Shown: in pieces, positions 39,874-50,607 of the stretch
Layout: every line of letters starts with the position of its first letter
Numbering within the stretch: the stretch's first letter is position 1
Assembly (NCBI GenBank): GCA_963842085.1
Contig: CAWJET010000002.1
Location: forward strand, 512,001-576,000
Direction of reading: 5' to 3'
DNA length: 64,000 nt
Source: an uncultured delta proteobacterium
GTDB taxonomy: Bacteria > Desulfobacterota > Binatia > Binatales > Binataceae
Notes under the pieces: generated by a model
The model's input: only the letters and a program-made list of their open reading frames with translations
The model's database searches: none
Told to the model about the DNA's origin: nothing
Position numbers and translations under genes: made by a program

Positions 39874-39945
39874 CACTGGATTCGGATCAATCATGCTCTA
39901 GGCGCCCTGTTCGCTTCGCAGACTCTGCTGCTATATGCGATTCCC

Positions 39946-40824
39946 ATGAAGACGCTCCGCACTGAGACGCGCAACGGCGTCGGCATCATCACTCTCACCC
40001 GCGCCGCCGAGTACAACACTATCACGCCCGAACTGCGCGACGAGCTTGGTGCCGCCATCGATCGCGCCGACGCCGACCGCGACGTCCACGTGATCCTGCT
40101 GCGCGCGGAAGGCCCGGCGTTCTGCGCCGGCTACGCACTGGAAAGCTCCACGCGTGCGCAAGCCGGTGAAGGTTCGCGCCGCCGCGTGTGGGACTCGGTC
40201 GCCGACTACGGCATGATCTCGCAATACGTCAACGTGTATATGAAGCTCTGGTACGCGCGAAAACCCACCATCGCCGCGGTCCACGGCTGGTGCATCGGCG
40301 GCGGCACCGACATGGTGCTATGCGCCGATCTGATAATCGCCGCCGAGTCGGCGTCGTTCGGCTATCCGCCGTCGCGCGTGTGGGGCACGCCGACCACTGC
40401 GATGTGGGTCTATCGGATGGGGCTCGAGCGCGCCAAGCGTTTCTTACTGACCGGTGATGAAATTCCCGCTGTGGAGGCGGCCAGGATCGGACTGATTCTC
40501 GAAACGGCACCCGACAACGAACTCGACGCGCGCGCGACTGCGCTGGCCGAGCGGATGGCGCAAGTGCCGACGAATCAGCTTCAGATGCTCAAGCTGCTGT
40601 GCAATCACACCGCCGAGAACATGGGCCTGGCGACGTCGCGGCTGATCGGCTCGCTGTTCGACGGAATCGCGCGGCATACGCAGGAAGGCCTCGATTTCGT
40701 CGCGCGCGCGCAGGCCGCAGGCTTTCGACAAGCAGTCCGCGAGCGCGACGATCCATTCGGCGACTACGGCTCCGGCCCGCGCTCGAAGAATCGAAAGAAG
40801 AAAAATGGCAAAAAGAAGACTTAA
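39946..40824 (+). CDS. Enoyl-CoA hydratase/crotonase family protein
   Basis: AFCAGY, KPTIAAVHGWCIGGG, AD..IAAE.A.FGYP, LTGD. Confidence 0.92.
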   Translation: MKTLRTETRNGVGIITLTRAAEYNTITPELRDELGAAIDRADADRDVHVILLRAEGPAFCAGYALESSTRAQAGEGSRRRVWDSVADYGMISQYVNVYMKLWYARKPTIAAVHGWCIGGGTDMVLCADLIIAAESASFGYPPSRVWGTPTTAMWVYRMGLERAKRFLLTGDEIPAVEAARIGLILETAPDNELDARATALAERMAQVPTNQLQMLKLLCNHTAENMGLATSRLIGSLFDGIARHTQEGLDFVARAQAAGFRQAVRERDDPFGDYGSGPRSKNRKKKNGKKKT

Positions 40825-40931
40825 CTTGAATCGAAACCCACGGAGGGTTTCAAACTTCCTTCGGCAGGGGTGTCGCCACCGGCGCGGACCCCTGCACCCG
40901 GTGTTAAGAAAAATTTCTATGAGGCCCGTCG

Positions 40932-41651
40932 ATGACCACCGCTGATATTACCTTTCCTGCCAACGGGGGACGGCCCATGCGCGCTGCGTATGCGGCGCCG
41001 TCCGATTCGCAGAAGCATCCCGGTGTGATCGTGATCCACGAAATTTTCGGACTCAACGACGACATCCGCCGCATTACCGGGATGGTTGCCGACCTCGGTT
41101 ACGCCGCGCTCGCGCCCGACCTCTACGATCGCGACGGGATGCGCCTCATCTGTATCGCGCGCACCCTGATGACGCTCAGTCGCGGCGAGGGCGACGCCTT
41201 CAAGGACCTCGACGCGGCGCGCAAGTTCCTGCAGCAGCAGCCGGGCGTCGACGCGGCGCGCATCGGAGTCATCGGCTTCTGCATGGGCGGCGGATTCGCG
41301 CTGATGTACGCGGCGCGCGCTCCGCTGGGTGTGGCCGCGACGTTTTACGGCGACGTGCCGAAGAATAGCGACCCGTTGCGCGGAGTGTGTCCCGTGCTGG
41401 GCGGTTACGGCGGCAAGGATCGGATGTTCGCGGCGCAGGGCCGGAGGCTCGAACAGTTGCTCACGGAGTTGGGCGTCGATCACGACGTCAAGCTCTACGA
41501 CGACGCGGGCCACAGCTTCATGAGCCGCAACAGCGGATTTCTTCCGTGGATTGGAAAAATCGGCCCGATGAAAGCCGCTTACAATCCCGAGGCCGCCGAA
41601 GACAGTTGGAAGCGTATCGAAGCGTTCTTCGGCCGCCACCTCGGGCATTAG
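40932..41651 (+). CDS. Dienelactone hydrolase family protein
   Basis: HEIFGL, APDLY, GFCMGG, AGHSF. Confidence 0.93.
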   Translation: MTTADITFPANGGRPMRAAYAAPSDSQKHPGVIVIHEIFGLNDDIRRITGMVADLGYAALAPDLYDRDGMRLICIARTLMTLSRGEGDAFKDLDAARKFLQQQPGVDAARIGVIGFCMGGGFALMYAARAPLGVAATFYGDVPKNSDPLRGVCPVLGGYGGKDRMFAAQGRRLEQLLTELGVDHDVKLYDDAGHSFMSRNSGFLPWIGKIGPMKAAYNPEAAEDSWKRIEAFFGRHLGH

Positions 41652-41767
41652 GCAGGCTAGGCGCTTCTCGGCTTGCTTAGTCCCGAAATCTCGCGTTAGT
41701 TAAAGTGTTCGTTCCAACAGCGGCGTGGCGGCGCGATGCGCGACGGGTTGGACCGCTGGGAAAATTG

Positions 41768-44700
41768 ATGCAGTGCTCGATCTGCGCGTCGGACAATCCC
41801 GAGGGGAGCAAGTTCTGCGTGCAATGCGGTGCGCCATTCAAGCGCCGCTGTGCGAAGTGTGGATTTGAAAATTCGCGCGCCGCGCGATTCTGCGCCGAGT
41901 GCGGATCGCCAGTAAGCGCCCCGGACACCTCACCCGTTTCGGAGGCGGCTGCGCCCGACGGCGAGCGGCGCCATCTCACGGTTCTCTTCTGCGACCTCGT
42001 GAGCTCGACCGAGATCGCCGCGCGTCTCGATCCCGAGGACTGGCGCGACATCGCCGCCGCCTATCAGCGCTGCGCGGCGGAAGCGGTGACGCGCTTCGGC
42101 GGACATGTCGCAAAATATCTCGGCGACGGAGTGGTCGTGTACTTCGGCTTCCCCGAGGCGCACGAGGACGACGGTGAACGCGCGGTTCGCGCCGGACTGG
42201 CGATCGTCGACGCGGTCGCCGCGCTGAACACAGACCTCGCCGCCAGGCAGAACGTGAAGCTCGCGGTCCGGGTCGGAATCCACACCGGCTCGGTGGTGGT
42301 AGGTCGTGGCGGCGGCACGGAAGCCGACGTGTTCGGCGATGCACCCAATATCGCCTCGCGCGTGCAGACGGCCGCCGAGCCAGATTCGGTCCTGATCACC
42401 GCCGCCGTGCACGAGCTGGTCTCGGGTCTGTTTATCGTCGAGGACCGCGGCGCGCAGCCGCTCAAGGGTATCGAGCATCCAGTCCAGCTCTATCGCGTCA
42501 TCCAGCCCATCGCCGTCCGCCGGCGCAGGCATGACTCCGCCGTCCGCGCGCTGACTCCCTTCGTCGGGCGCGACGACGAAATCCGCCTGGTGCTGGGCAG
42601 ATGGGAGAGCGCGCGCGAGGGCGCGGGCCAGCTCGTGCTCGTGATGGGCGAACCGGGAATCGGCAAATCGCGCCTGGTCGAAGAGTTCCGCGCGCGCATC
42701 AAGGACGATCCCCACCTCTGGATCGAAAGCGCCGGCGAGCAGTTCTTCGAAAGCACTCCGTTCCACGCGGTGACTCAGATACTCGATCAGGGTCTCGGCT
42801 GGAGCGGCGATGAAAGCACGGAGGAGCGCACGAGTCAGCTCGAGCGCTCGCTGGAGCTGGCCGGAATGAAGCTCGTCGAGGCGGTGCCGCTGATTGCGGA
42901 GATGCTGAATCTTCCGATCCCGCAGAAGTATCCTCCGCTGCTCTTTGCGCCCGATCAGAAGCGCAAACGGCTGCTGGCAAACCTGGCGACATGGGTGCTC
43001 AATGCCGCACGGCTCCAGCCGATCGTTATCGCGATCGAGGACCTGCACTGGGTCGATCCCTCGACGCTGGAACTTATGCAGACGCTGGCCGAGCAGGCGG
43101 CCACGGCGCCTCTGCTGCTGCTCTGTACCGTGCGGCCGGGGTTCCAAGCGCCATGGCCGCCGCGGGCCCATCATGCGCAGATCACGCTGCGCCGCCTGAA
43201 CGACCGCCAGACGCGCGAGATGGTCGCGGGCGTCGCCGCGCGCATAGGGCTGGCCAAAGAGCTGATCGAAAACGTGGTCAGGCGCACCGACGGCGTGCCG
43301 CTGTTTGCCGAGGAACTGACCCGCCTGCTCATGGAGGGCGAGGGGCACTCCGCGGCGCGCGAGATTCCAGCCACGTTGCACGACTCGCTGACGGCGCGGC
43401 TCGACCGCCTTGGCACGGCCAAAGAGGTCGCGCAGGTCGCCGCTGTGATCGGACGCGAATTCTCTTACGAGTTGCTGGCGGCGGTGTCGCCAACACCTGA
43501 ATACGAATTGCAATCCGCCCTCACCAAGCTGGCCGACGCGGAACTGATCTTCACGCGCGGCATTCCGCCCGAGGCGACCTACCAGTTCAAGCACGCGCTC
43601 ATCCAGGACGCCGCCTACGAAGCCCTGCTCAAGAGTCGGCGCAAGGAGATGCATCGCCGCGTCGCCGAGACAATCAGCCAGAAATTCCCCGGGATAGCCG
43701 AGGCGCAGCCCGAAGTCGTCGCCCGCCACTGGACCGAGGCAGGCGAGGCGGAGCCGGCCATCGCGGCATGGAAGAAAGCCGCGGGCGCAGCTTACGGACG
43801 GCGGGCATTTAAGGAAGCCGAAGAGGACTACCAGCAAGCTCTCGCGATGCTTGCGACACTGCCCGAATCAGCGGAGCGCGATACGCGCGAGCTCGAGTAT
43901 GCGAGCATACTCAGCGCGCTCTTCATCACCACACACGGCTTCACCGCGCCGGCCACCGTCGAGATGGCCGGGCGTGCACGTGCGCTCGCCGAGAGGAGTG
44001 GCAACCTGCCTCTGCTCGTTATGCAGGAAATCTTCAATTGGAGCACCGTTCTGGTCTCCGGTGACCATCCCGCCGCCACCGCGCTTGCCGATAGGGTACT
44101 GACCCTCTCCGAGCGTGAAGGCAGCGAGGTGAATCTCGGATTCGCTCAGGTCGCTCAGGTGCATGTGCGCTACTATCGCGGGGACCTGGTCGGAGTCAGA
44201 GAGCATTTCGCGCAGCTAACCCCCTACTTCGAGGCGATCCGCCGAAGTGGGCGCCCGGGAACCCCGAATGCAGAAGGTTTCGCGAGCGTCACCGAGTGGG
44301 CCCTGGGCTATGCCGATCGCGCCCGCGCGCATGCCGCCCATGCCATGGAATTTGTGCACGACGGCCAGAATCTGCACGACATCGCGTTCGCGCACTACAT
44401 GGCCGCGTGGCTGTACCGGTTTACCAGAGATCCGCGGCACGTCGAGGAGGCCGCCACGCAAGCGTTAGCAATTTCCGAACAGCTAGGCTTTTCTTACGTC
44501 AGCAATCTGGCGCGCCAGTATCTCGGATGGGCGCGCGCGCACCTCGGCAGTACGGCAGACGGCGTCTCGCTCGTCCGCCAGGGTTTGTCCGAGATGGTGG
44601 CCTCCGGTTCGCGAGCTGGTATCAGCGAATTCCTATCTCTGCTGGGAGAAGCTCAGGTCCTCGACGGCAAGCTCGACGAGGCCCTTGGTACATTCGAGAA

Positions 44701-45016
44701 CGCTCTCCAGGCGAACCCCGAGGAAATCATCTTCCGACCGCATATTCTGACCTGTCGCGGGGAACTGCGACTCAAGCTCGGCCAGACCGAACCGGCAGAA
44801 GCCGATTTCCGCGAAGCTATCGCGCTTGCGCAAAAGATGAGCGCGAAGGCGTTCGAACTCCGCGCCGCAACCAGTCGCGCCCGCCTGCTAACCAAGCAAG
44901 GCAAGCGCGACGAGGCTCGCGCCTTGCTCACCGAAATCTACAACTGGTTCACCGAAGGCTTTGACACCGCCGACCTGAAGGACGCCAAAGCATTGCTCGA
45001 CGAATCGCCCGCCTGA
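41768..45016 (+). CDS. Double zinc ribbon + class III adenylate/guanylate cyclase + AAA ATPase + TPR protein
   Basis: Four CxxC pairs, VLFCDLVSST, KYLGDG, RVGIHTG, N.ASR, GEPGIGKS, IEDLHW, FKHAL.QD, C-terminal WFTEGFDT.DL. Confidence 0.93.
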   Translation: MQCSICASDNPEGSKFCVQCGAPFKRRCAKCGFENSRAARFCAECGSPVSAPDTSPVSEAAAPDGERRHLTVLFCDLVSSTEIAARLDPEDWRDIAAAYQRCAAEAVTRFGGHVAKYLGDGVVVYFGFPEAHEDDGERAVRAGLAIVDAVAALNTDLAARQNVKLAVRVGIHTGSVVVGRGGGTEADVFGDAPNIASRVQTAAEPDSVLITAAVHELVSGLFIVEDRGAQPLKGIEHPVQLYRVIQPIAVRRRRHDSAVRALTPFVGRDDEIRLVLGRWESAREGAGQLVLVMGEPGIGKSRLVEEFRARIKDDPHLWIESAGEQFFESTPFHAVTQILDQGLGWSGDESTEERTSQLERSLELAGMKLVEAVPLIAEMLNLPIPQKYPPLLFAPDQKRKRLLANLATWVLNAARLQPIVIAIEDLHWVDPSTLELMQTLAEQAATAPLLLLCTVRPGFQAPWPPRAHHAQITLRRLNDRQTREMVAGVAARIGLAKELIENVVRRTDGVPLFAEELTRLLMEGEGHSAAREIPATLHDSLTARLDRLGTAKEVAQVAAVIGREFSYELLAAVSPTPEYELQSALTKLADAELIFTRGIPPEATYQFKHALIQDAAYEALLKSRRKEMHRRVAETISQKFPGIAEAQPEVVARHWTEAGEAEPAIAAWKKAAGAAYGRRAFKEAEEDYQQALAMLATLPESAERDTRELEYASILSALFITTHGFTAPATVEMAGRARALAERSGNLPLLVMQEIFNWSTVLVSGDHPAATALADRVLTLSEREGSEVNLGFAQVAQVHVRYYRGDLVGVREHFAQLTPYFEAIRRSGRPGTPNAEGFASVTEWALGYADRARAHAAHAMEFVHDGQNLHDIAFAHYMAAWLYRFTRDPRHVEEAATQALAISEQLGFSYVSNLARQYLGWARAHLGSTADGVSLVRQGLSEMVASGSRAGISEFLSLLGEAQVLDGKLDEALGTFENALQANPEEIIFRPHILTCRGELRLKLGQTEPAEADFREAIALAQKMSAKAFELRAATSRARLLTKQGKRDEARALLTEIYNWFTEGFDTADLKDAKALLDESPA

Positions 45017-45042
45017 CGCCGGCGTTCGTCAACTGGAACGCG

Positions 45043-45291
45043 CTATTTGCTCAAGCCGACGGCTTGCCGCGATTTCGCGATTCGCTCGCGCGAGGCTACC
45101 AGCGCTTCGACGTTCTTCGCGCCGCGGTAGCCCATCTGATCGGCCAGGTACTCGGCGAGCTTGCGCTCCGAGATATTCGGCCTTTGCTTGCGTTTGTCCT
45201 CGGCCAGCTCGGCGAGCGTGGTCCGCAGGGTTTCCTCGGAGTCCCTGAGCGTCTCGAAAATCGGGGAGGGAATCACAGAATTACTCGCCAT
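45043..45291 (-). CDS. Small helical hypothetical protein
   Basis: 82-aa ORF in otherwise non-coding space with an AT-rich upstream region. Confidence 0.55.
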   Translation of the reverse strand: MASNSVIPSPIFETLRDSEETLRTTLAELAEDKRKQRPNISERKLAEYLADQMGYRGAKNVEALVASRERIAKSRQAVGLSK

Positions 45292-45423
45292 GCATGTCAC
45301 CTATGGATTTATCATAGCACAACCGGGCCAAACCTCGTGCATGCCATATGTCAAACGAAAACAACCGAATTCGCTCAAACTTTTTTGTTCCCCACGCGAC
45401 AATTTTATTCGGAAAGACGATAG

Positions 45424-45639
45424 CTAACTCTGCGGATCCTTCAGATGGGGGCGGGTGGCGTAGAAGTATTCCATTCCGGGGACGCCACGCGGCGTTTCGT
45501 CGTCAAATAACACCGACACTACGCCGTAGAATGCTACTATCGTCCAGAACGCGCCGGTGCTTACCGGCGGCAACGCCGCCGTCGTCGCGCCCATAACCAG
45601 CGTCGCGATTGCGTCGCGCAGTAGCCAGAGTTCATTCAT
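45424..45639 (-). CDS. Small hydrophobic hypothetical protein
   Basis: 71-aa ORF with hydrophobic segments; starts right beside a family A half-element. Confidence 0.35.
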   Translation of the reverse strand: MNELWLLRDAIATLVMGATTAALPPVSTGAFWTIVAFYGVVSVLFDDETPRGVPGMEYFYATRPHLKDPQS

Positions 45640-45655
45640 CGGTATCGCAACTTCG

Positions 45656-45814
45656 GACTCAAAACCGGTACCGGCTTCGCTCGCGCGAAGCTGTCCGAGA
45701 TCCTTCCTGCCGCTCGCGTTGCTCGCTTCGTCAGGATGACAGAACGGGCTCGCATCGCTCGCTTCGTCAGGATGACAGAACGGGCGCGCATCGCTCGTTT
45801 AGCTCACGATGACA
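45656..45814 (-). repeat. Family A half-element with two extra tandem termini (~36-bp period)
   Basis: Reverse complement of the left arm, ending at CCGGTACCGGTTTTGAGTC; TCAGGATGACAGA-like motif three times. Confidence 0.85.
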
Positions 45815-45840
45815 GAGCGGCGTACGTGTCGCGAACCGCC

Positions 45841-46626
45841 CTACTCTCCCGTCCAGTTGGGCTTGCGCTTCTGCGAAAACGCCAGCGGACCTTCGACCGC
45901 GTCCTTCGAGCGAAACAGCTTCGACTGCAAATCGTAATGCTTGGCGAGCGCCGCTTCGACCGTCATTCCAAGGCCGGTCATCGCCGCTTCCTTGGTCGCC
46001 TGCACCGACAACGGTGAGCATTCCATGATCTCGCCCGCCCACTTCTCGGCCGTCGGGATGAGATCCTTGAGCGGCACCACCTCGTTGGCGATTCCGTAGC
46101 GCAGCGCGTCGGCGGCCGTGATGTGCTTGCCCGTCAGCATCATGCCCATCGCAATCTTGAGTGGGATGTGGCGCGGCAGTCGATGCACTCCTCCCGCCGC
46201 CGCCATCAGGCCGACGCGCGGTTCCGGCAATCCGAAACGCGCGTGCTCGGCCGCAATGATGATATCGCAAGAGAGCGCTATCTCGAATCCGCCGCCGAGC
46301 GCGAATCCGTTCACCGCCGCGATGATCGGCTTGTAGATGTCGTAGCGCGCAGTGATTCCGGCGAAGCCGCCCTTGCTGCGAAGACCCTCCATCACTTGCC
46401 CGCGATTCTCCGCCGTCCAGCGCAAATCGTTGCCGGCCGAGAACCCCTTGTCGCCGGCGCCCGTCACGATTGCGACCCACGCCGACTTGTCCGCGACGAA
46501 GTCGTCCCACACGCTGTCCATCTCGACGTGACACGGCGGATGCAGCGCGTTCATCCGCTCGGGCCGGTTGAACGTGATGTACGCGATATGGTTGCGCTTC
46601 TCGTACTTGATGAATTTCAGATCCAT
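45841..46626 (-). CDS. Enoyl-CoA hydratase (CaiD/carnitinyl-CoA dehydratase-like)
   Basis: NRPE.MNA, FSAGNDL, KPIIAAVNG.ALGGGFE, FGLPEP.VG. Confidence 0.93.
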   Translation of the reverse strand: MDLKFIKYEKRNHIAYITFNRPERMNALHPPCHVEMDSVWDDFVADKSAWVAIVTGAGDKGFSAGNDLRWTAENRGQVMEGLRSKGGFAGITARYDIYKPIIAAVNGFALGGGFEIALSCDIIIAAEHARFGLPEPRVGLMAAAGGVHRLPRHIPLKIAMGMMLTGKHITAADALRYGIANEVVPLKDLIPTAEKWAGEIMECSPLSVQATKEAAMTGLGMTVEAALAKHYDLQSKLFRSKDAVEGPLAFSQKRKPNWTGE

Positions 46627-46654
46627 TTCGCCTTAACTCCCTCGCTGGTTGTAT

Positions 46655-46888
46655 TTACTGCTCGTCGAGCAGTTCGAAAAACGCGTCGATACTTTGCATC
46701 AACTGCCGCCTGATTTGCACGCGGTTGCCTTCGATCAGATGCATCGTGACTCGCCCGCTGGTGCCGTCGGCCAGGCTGACCCGCGCGTCCTCGACGCCGG
46801 CGACGACTCCCTGATCGAAAATCCGCATCCCGTACACTAGCGAGCCGCGCTGCGACGCACCTTTCACCAGAGTCAGCTTACGCGCCAT
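46655..46888 (-). CDS. Small hypothetical protein
   Basis: 77-aa ORF with GGAGA RBS, co-oriented and 28 bp upstream of the hydratase. Confidence 0.7.
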   Translation of the reverse strand: MARKLTLVKGASQRGSLVYGMRIFDQGVVAGVEDARVSLADGTSGRVTMHLIEGNRVQIRRQLMQSIDAFFELLDEQ

Positions 46889-46967
46889 CGGGGGTCTCCC
46901 TCGTTCATATCTGTCGCTCTATAGCATATCGTTGACAATCAAGGATGGCGCCCACAAAATCGCGCCG

Positions 46968-47420
46968 ATGAATCGAATGCGTATTCCCCGATCTCGGGTG
47001 CTCGCGATAATTTGCGCCGTGTTCATTTGCTCTGGATGCGGCCTCGCCTACCAGGCCGGCACGCGAATCAAGGCCACGCGGATGTCGGATTCGCTGCAAG
47101 TAGGCCAGACCTCGCCCGAGGTGCATCATTCGTGGGGCGAGCCCGACATTCGGACCTACCTGCCGGGCGATACCGAGGTCTGGAGCTATCCCTACAAGCC
47201 CAACAGCAACGACCTCACGGCGGCGCTGCTGTACACCTCGTCCAAGGACGGCGACAAGGGCACGTTTTTGGATTTGAAGTTTGTTGGGGGCAAACTCGTC
47301 TCATGGCAGGAAGCTGAGCATACGCTGCCGCTTAAGGGACATACGGGCATCGGCCTGGGGATCAACCAAGGGCCGATTGGGAACGGAACCCAGACGCAGC
47401 CCGGAGCTGTGCATTACTAG
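46968..47420 (+). CDS. SmpA/OmlA (BamE-like) lipoprotein
   Basis: Lipobox CSGC, LQVGQT..EV...WGEP, EVWSY, L.F..GKL. Confidence 0.7.
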   Translation: MNRMRIPRSRVLAIICAVFICSGCGLAYQAGTRIKATRMSDSLQVGQTSPEVHHSWGEPDIRTYLPGDTEVWSYPYKPNSNDLTAALLYTSSKDGDKGTFLDLKFVGGKLVSWQEAEHTLPLKGHTGIGLGINQGPIGNGTQTQPGAVHY

Positions 47421-47610
47421 TCGTAGCCAAGGGCTGCGCAACCGGTCAGTGCCGTGGGGAAGGCATACTTGCAACCAGCCAGAACCATCGTGTCTAATTG
47501 AGCCCGAACGGGGGGAATGGTGGTAAGTTCGGTGTGGCGGCATTGCTGTTGAAGATGACTCGATATGACCTGAATCGACGCGGCTTGGCGCCGGCCGGCG
47601 GGCCTGCCTG

Positions 47611-49326
47611 ATGGCGACCGCGCGCAAAAGCTTCGAGGCAATCCTGCTCGACCGCTCGTGGGTCTCGGCGCAGGACCTTGACAAGGCGCGCCAGCGCAAA
47701 AAGCCCGGCCAGGAGCTGGCCGACGTGCTGGTCGAGATGGGCGCGTTGGAACCTCAGCGGCTGGCCCGCGCGCTCGCGCAGGAGTACCGGCTGCCGTTCC
47801 AGGCCCATATCGACGAGCATTCGCTTGACCCGGCTCTAGTTTCGAAAATTCCGATCAACTACGCCAAGAAGAACCGCCTGCTGCCGCTCTCGAGCGCCGA
47901 CGGCACGGTGACCGTGGCGATCGCCGACCCGGCCAACTACGAGCCGCTCGACGACTTGCGAATCCTGTACGGCGCGCAGATACAACCGCTGGTCGCGCCG
48001 GCCGAAGTAATCGCGGAGGCAATCAACCGCGCGTACGACCAGGCGTCGGCTACCACGGCCGAAGACTTGATGATCGATCTCGAGGAAGAGCGGCTGGACG
48101 TGGTTGCCAGCGAGCTCGCGTCGGAGCCGCTGGACCTGCTGGAATCCGACGATTCAGCGCCGATTATCAAGCTCGTCAATGGCATCCTGTCGCAGGCGGT
48201 CAAGGACCGCGCGAGCGACATTCATATTGAAGTATTCGAAAAGGAAATGGTGGTGCGCTTTCGCGTGGACGGGATGATGTACGACGTGTTGTCGCCGCCC
48301 AAGCGTTTTCAGCCAGCGATAACCTCGCGCGTCAAGGTCATGGCGGGCCTCAACATCGCCGAGAAGCGCCTGCCGCAGGACGGCAGAATCCGGCTGCGCA
48401 TCGCGGGCCGCGATATCGACTTGCGCGTGTCGTCGATACCGACCGCATTCGGCGAGCGAATCGTGCTCCGCCTATTGGACCGCGCGCAGGCCGTCGAAGC
48501 CATCAATCTCGACCATCTTGGATTTTCCGGCGACAACCTCAATCGCCTGGACCGCCTGATCCGGCAGAGCCACGGGATCATCCTGGCCACCGGACCCACG
48601 GGCTCGGGCAAATCGACGACGCTGTATGCGTGTCTCAGCCGCATCAACTCGCCCGAAAAGAACATCATCACGATCGAGGATCCGATCGAGTACCAGCTCC
48701 GCGGCGTCGGCCAGATGCAGGTGAATCCGAAGATCGAGTTGACCTTCGCCAGCGGGCTGCGCTCGATCCTGCGCCAGGACCCCGACGTGATCATGGTCGG
48801 CGAAATCCGCGACAGCGAAACTGCTGAAATAGCGATCCAGGCCGCCTTGACCGGCCACCTGGTGTTTTCGACGCTCCACACCAACGATTCCTTCGGCGCA
48901 GTGACGCGGCTGGTGGACATGGGGATCGAGCCGTTCCTGGTTTCATCGTCAATTCTCGCCGTGCTGGCGCAGCGCCTGGTGCGCAAGCTCTGCGTTGATT
49001 GCCGCGAGCCCTACCGCCCCAGCGACACCGAACTCGCGCGGATCGGACTCAAGGGCGTGGATACTACCGGCAAGATTTGCCGACCCAAGGGCTGCCGCAA
49101 TTGCCGCAACACCGGCTACCGCGGCCGCATGGCAATCCAGGAACTGATGATCATGGACGACCAAATCCGATCGCTCGTGATGCAGAACGCCGACGCCGCC
49201 ACGCTGCGCCGCCACTGCACCGCCAATGGGATGACGCTGCTGCGCCAGGACGGCGCGGGCCGCGTGCTGCGCGGCGAGACCTCGATCGAGGAGCTGCTGC
49301 GGGTCACCCAGGAAGATATCGACTAG
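47611..49326 (+). CDS. gspE: Type II secretion ATPase
   Basis: ASDIHIE, RLPQDGR, GPTGSGKST, LRQDPD..MVGEIRD, TGHLV.STLH, tetracysteine motif. Confidence 0.96.
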   Translation: MATARKSFEAILLDRSWVSAQDLDKARQRKKPGQELADVLVEMGALEPQRLARALAQEYRLPFQAHIDEHSLDPALVSKIPINYAKKNRLLPLSSADGTVTVAIADPANYEPLDDLRILYGAQIQPLVAPAEVIAEAINRAYDQASATTAEDLMIDLEEERLDVVASELASEPLDLLESDDSAPIIKLVNGILSQAVKDRASDIHIEVFEKEMVVRFRVDGMMYDVLSPPKRFQPAITSRVKVMAGLNIAEKRLPQDGRIRLRIAGRDIDLRVSSIPTAFGERIVLRLLDRAQAVEAINLDHLGFSGDNLNRLDRLIRQSHGIILATGPTGSGKSTTLYACLSRINSPEKNIITIEDPIEYQLRGVGQMQVNPKIELTFASGLRSILRQDPDVIMVGEIRDSETAEIAIQAALTGHLVFSTLHTNDSFGAVTRLVDMGIEPFLVSSSILAVLAQRLVRKLCVDCREPYRPSDTELARIGLKGVDTTGKICRPKGCRNCRNTGYRGRMAIQELMIMDDQIRSLVMQNADAATLRRHCTANGMTLLRQDGAGRVLRGETSIEELLRVTQEDID

Positions 49327-49354
49327 CGCACCCGCACGTAAGTTTTTTTCACCG

Positions 49355-50584
49355 ATGCCGGTATTTGCTTATCGAGGACTTGGCGCCGACGGCCGCACCG
49401 TCAACGGCGTGGTTGACGCCGACAGCGCGCGGACCGCGCGCGGCAAGCTGCGCGCGTCGGGCATTTTCCCGACCGACCTCAACGAGGAGTCCACCGCCGC
49501 CGAGCGCCTGGAGGCTAAGCGCGAGTGGCTGCCCTCGCTGTGGCGGCGCAAAATGCCCGCGGCGGACCTGGCTCTGCTGACACGCCAGCTAAGCGCGCTG
49601 CTCGGCGCCGGAGTGCAGTTGGTCGATGCGCTGAGCGCGCTCGCCGATCAATCGACGCGCGCCGCGACCAAGCGGATGCTCTCGCAGGTGCGCGAACGCG
49701 TGCGCGAGGGCTCGTCGCTGGCCGACGCGCTGACCAATCATCGCGACACCTTCTCCGAACTCTACATCGGGATGGTGCGCGCCGGTGAGCAGGCCGCGGC
49801 GCTCGAGGCGGTGCTGGACCGGCTGGCCGAGTACAGCGAGCGCCAGAATGAATTCGTCACCAAGGTCCGCGGCGCGCTGACCTATCCGATCATCATGATG
49901 TGCGTGGGCACGGCGATCATGGCGTTCCTGGTGACGTACGTGGTGCCGCAGGTCGCGACGATCTTCGAGCAGCAGCATGCGGCATTGCCGCTGGCGACGC
50001 GCATCCTGATTTCATTCTCGGCGCTCGTCACCGGCTACTGGATCCCGCTGGCGCTGCTGATCGTCGGGACGGTGGCGGGAATCACCGCCGCGCTGGCGAC
50101 GCCGCGCGGCCGGCGCATGTACGACACCGCAATCCTGAAAGTCTATTACATCGGGCCCACGCTGATTCGAATCATCTGCGCGCGCTTTGCGCGGACGCTG
50201 GCTACCCTGCTCGCCAGCGGCGTCCAACTGCTGCCGGCGCTCGACGCGGTCAAAGGCGTGGTGACCAACGGTCTGCTGAAGGACGCCGTCGAGCAGAGCC
50301 GCGAAAGTATCCGCGAGGGTCATGGCATGGGCCAGACGCTGGCGCGCAGCGGGCTCTTTCCGCCACTGCTGATCGAGATGATTCGCGTCGGCGAACGTTC
50401 CGGCGAACTGGAGCGGATGCTCGAGCGGGTCGCCGACAACTACGAACGTGAAGTGGCGCATTCGCTGAGCCAGATGACCACCGTGCTCGAGCCCGTGATG
50501 ACGCTGGCGATGGCGGCTGTTATCGTGTTCATGATGCTGGCGGTGCTGATGCCAATCTTCCAGCTCAACCAGCTGATGCAATGA
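49355..50584 (+). CDS. gspF: Type II secretion inner membrane protein F
   Basis: MPVFAYR, TRQL..LL.AG, ALTYP, GE.SG.L, LEP. Confidence 0.95.
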   Translation: MPVFAYRGLGADGRTVNGVVDADSARTARGKLRASGIFPTDLNEESTAAERLEAKREWLPSLWRRKMPAADLALLTRQLSALLGAGVQLVDALSALADQSTRAATKRMLSQVRERVREGSSLADALTNHRDTFSELYIGMVRAGEQAAALEAVLDRLAEYSERQNEFVTKVRGALTYPIIMMCVGTAIMAFLVTYVVPQVATIFEQQHAALPLATRILISFSALVTGYWIPLALLIVGTVAGITAALATPRGRRMYDTAILKVYYIGPTLIRIICARFARTLATLLASGVQLLPALDAVKGVVTNGLLKDAVEQSRESIREGHGMGQTLARSGLFPPLLIEMIRVGERSGELERMLERVADNYEREVAHSLSQMTTVLEPVMTLAMAAVIVFMMLAVLMPIFQLNQLMQ

Positions 50585-50607
50585 CTAATGCTGCGGAGGC
50601 AACTGCG

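Noticed and set aside
47611-47790. MshEN c-di-GMP-binding motif at the GspE N-terminus
   Set aside because: The helical pattern is present, but the RLG residues are replaced in both repeats (SFE, ELA), so binding is not supported.
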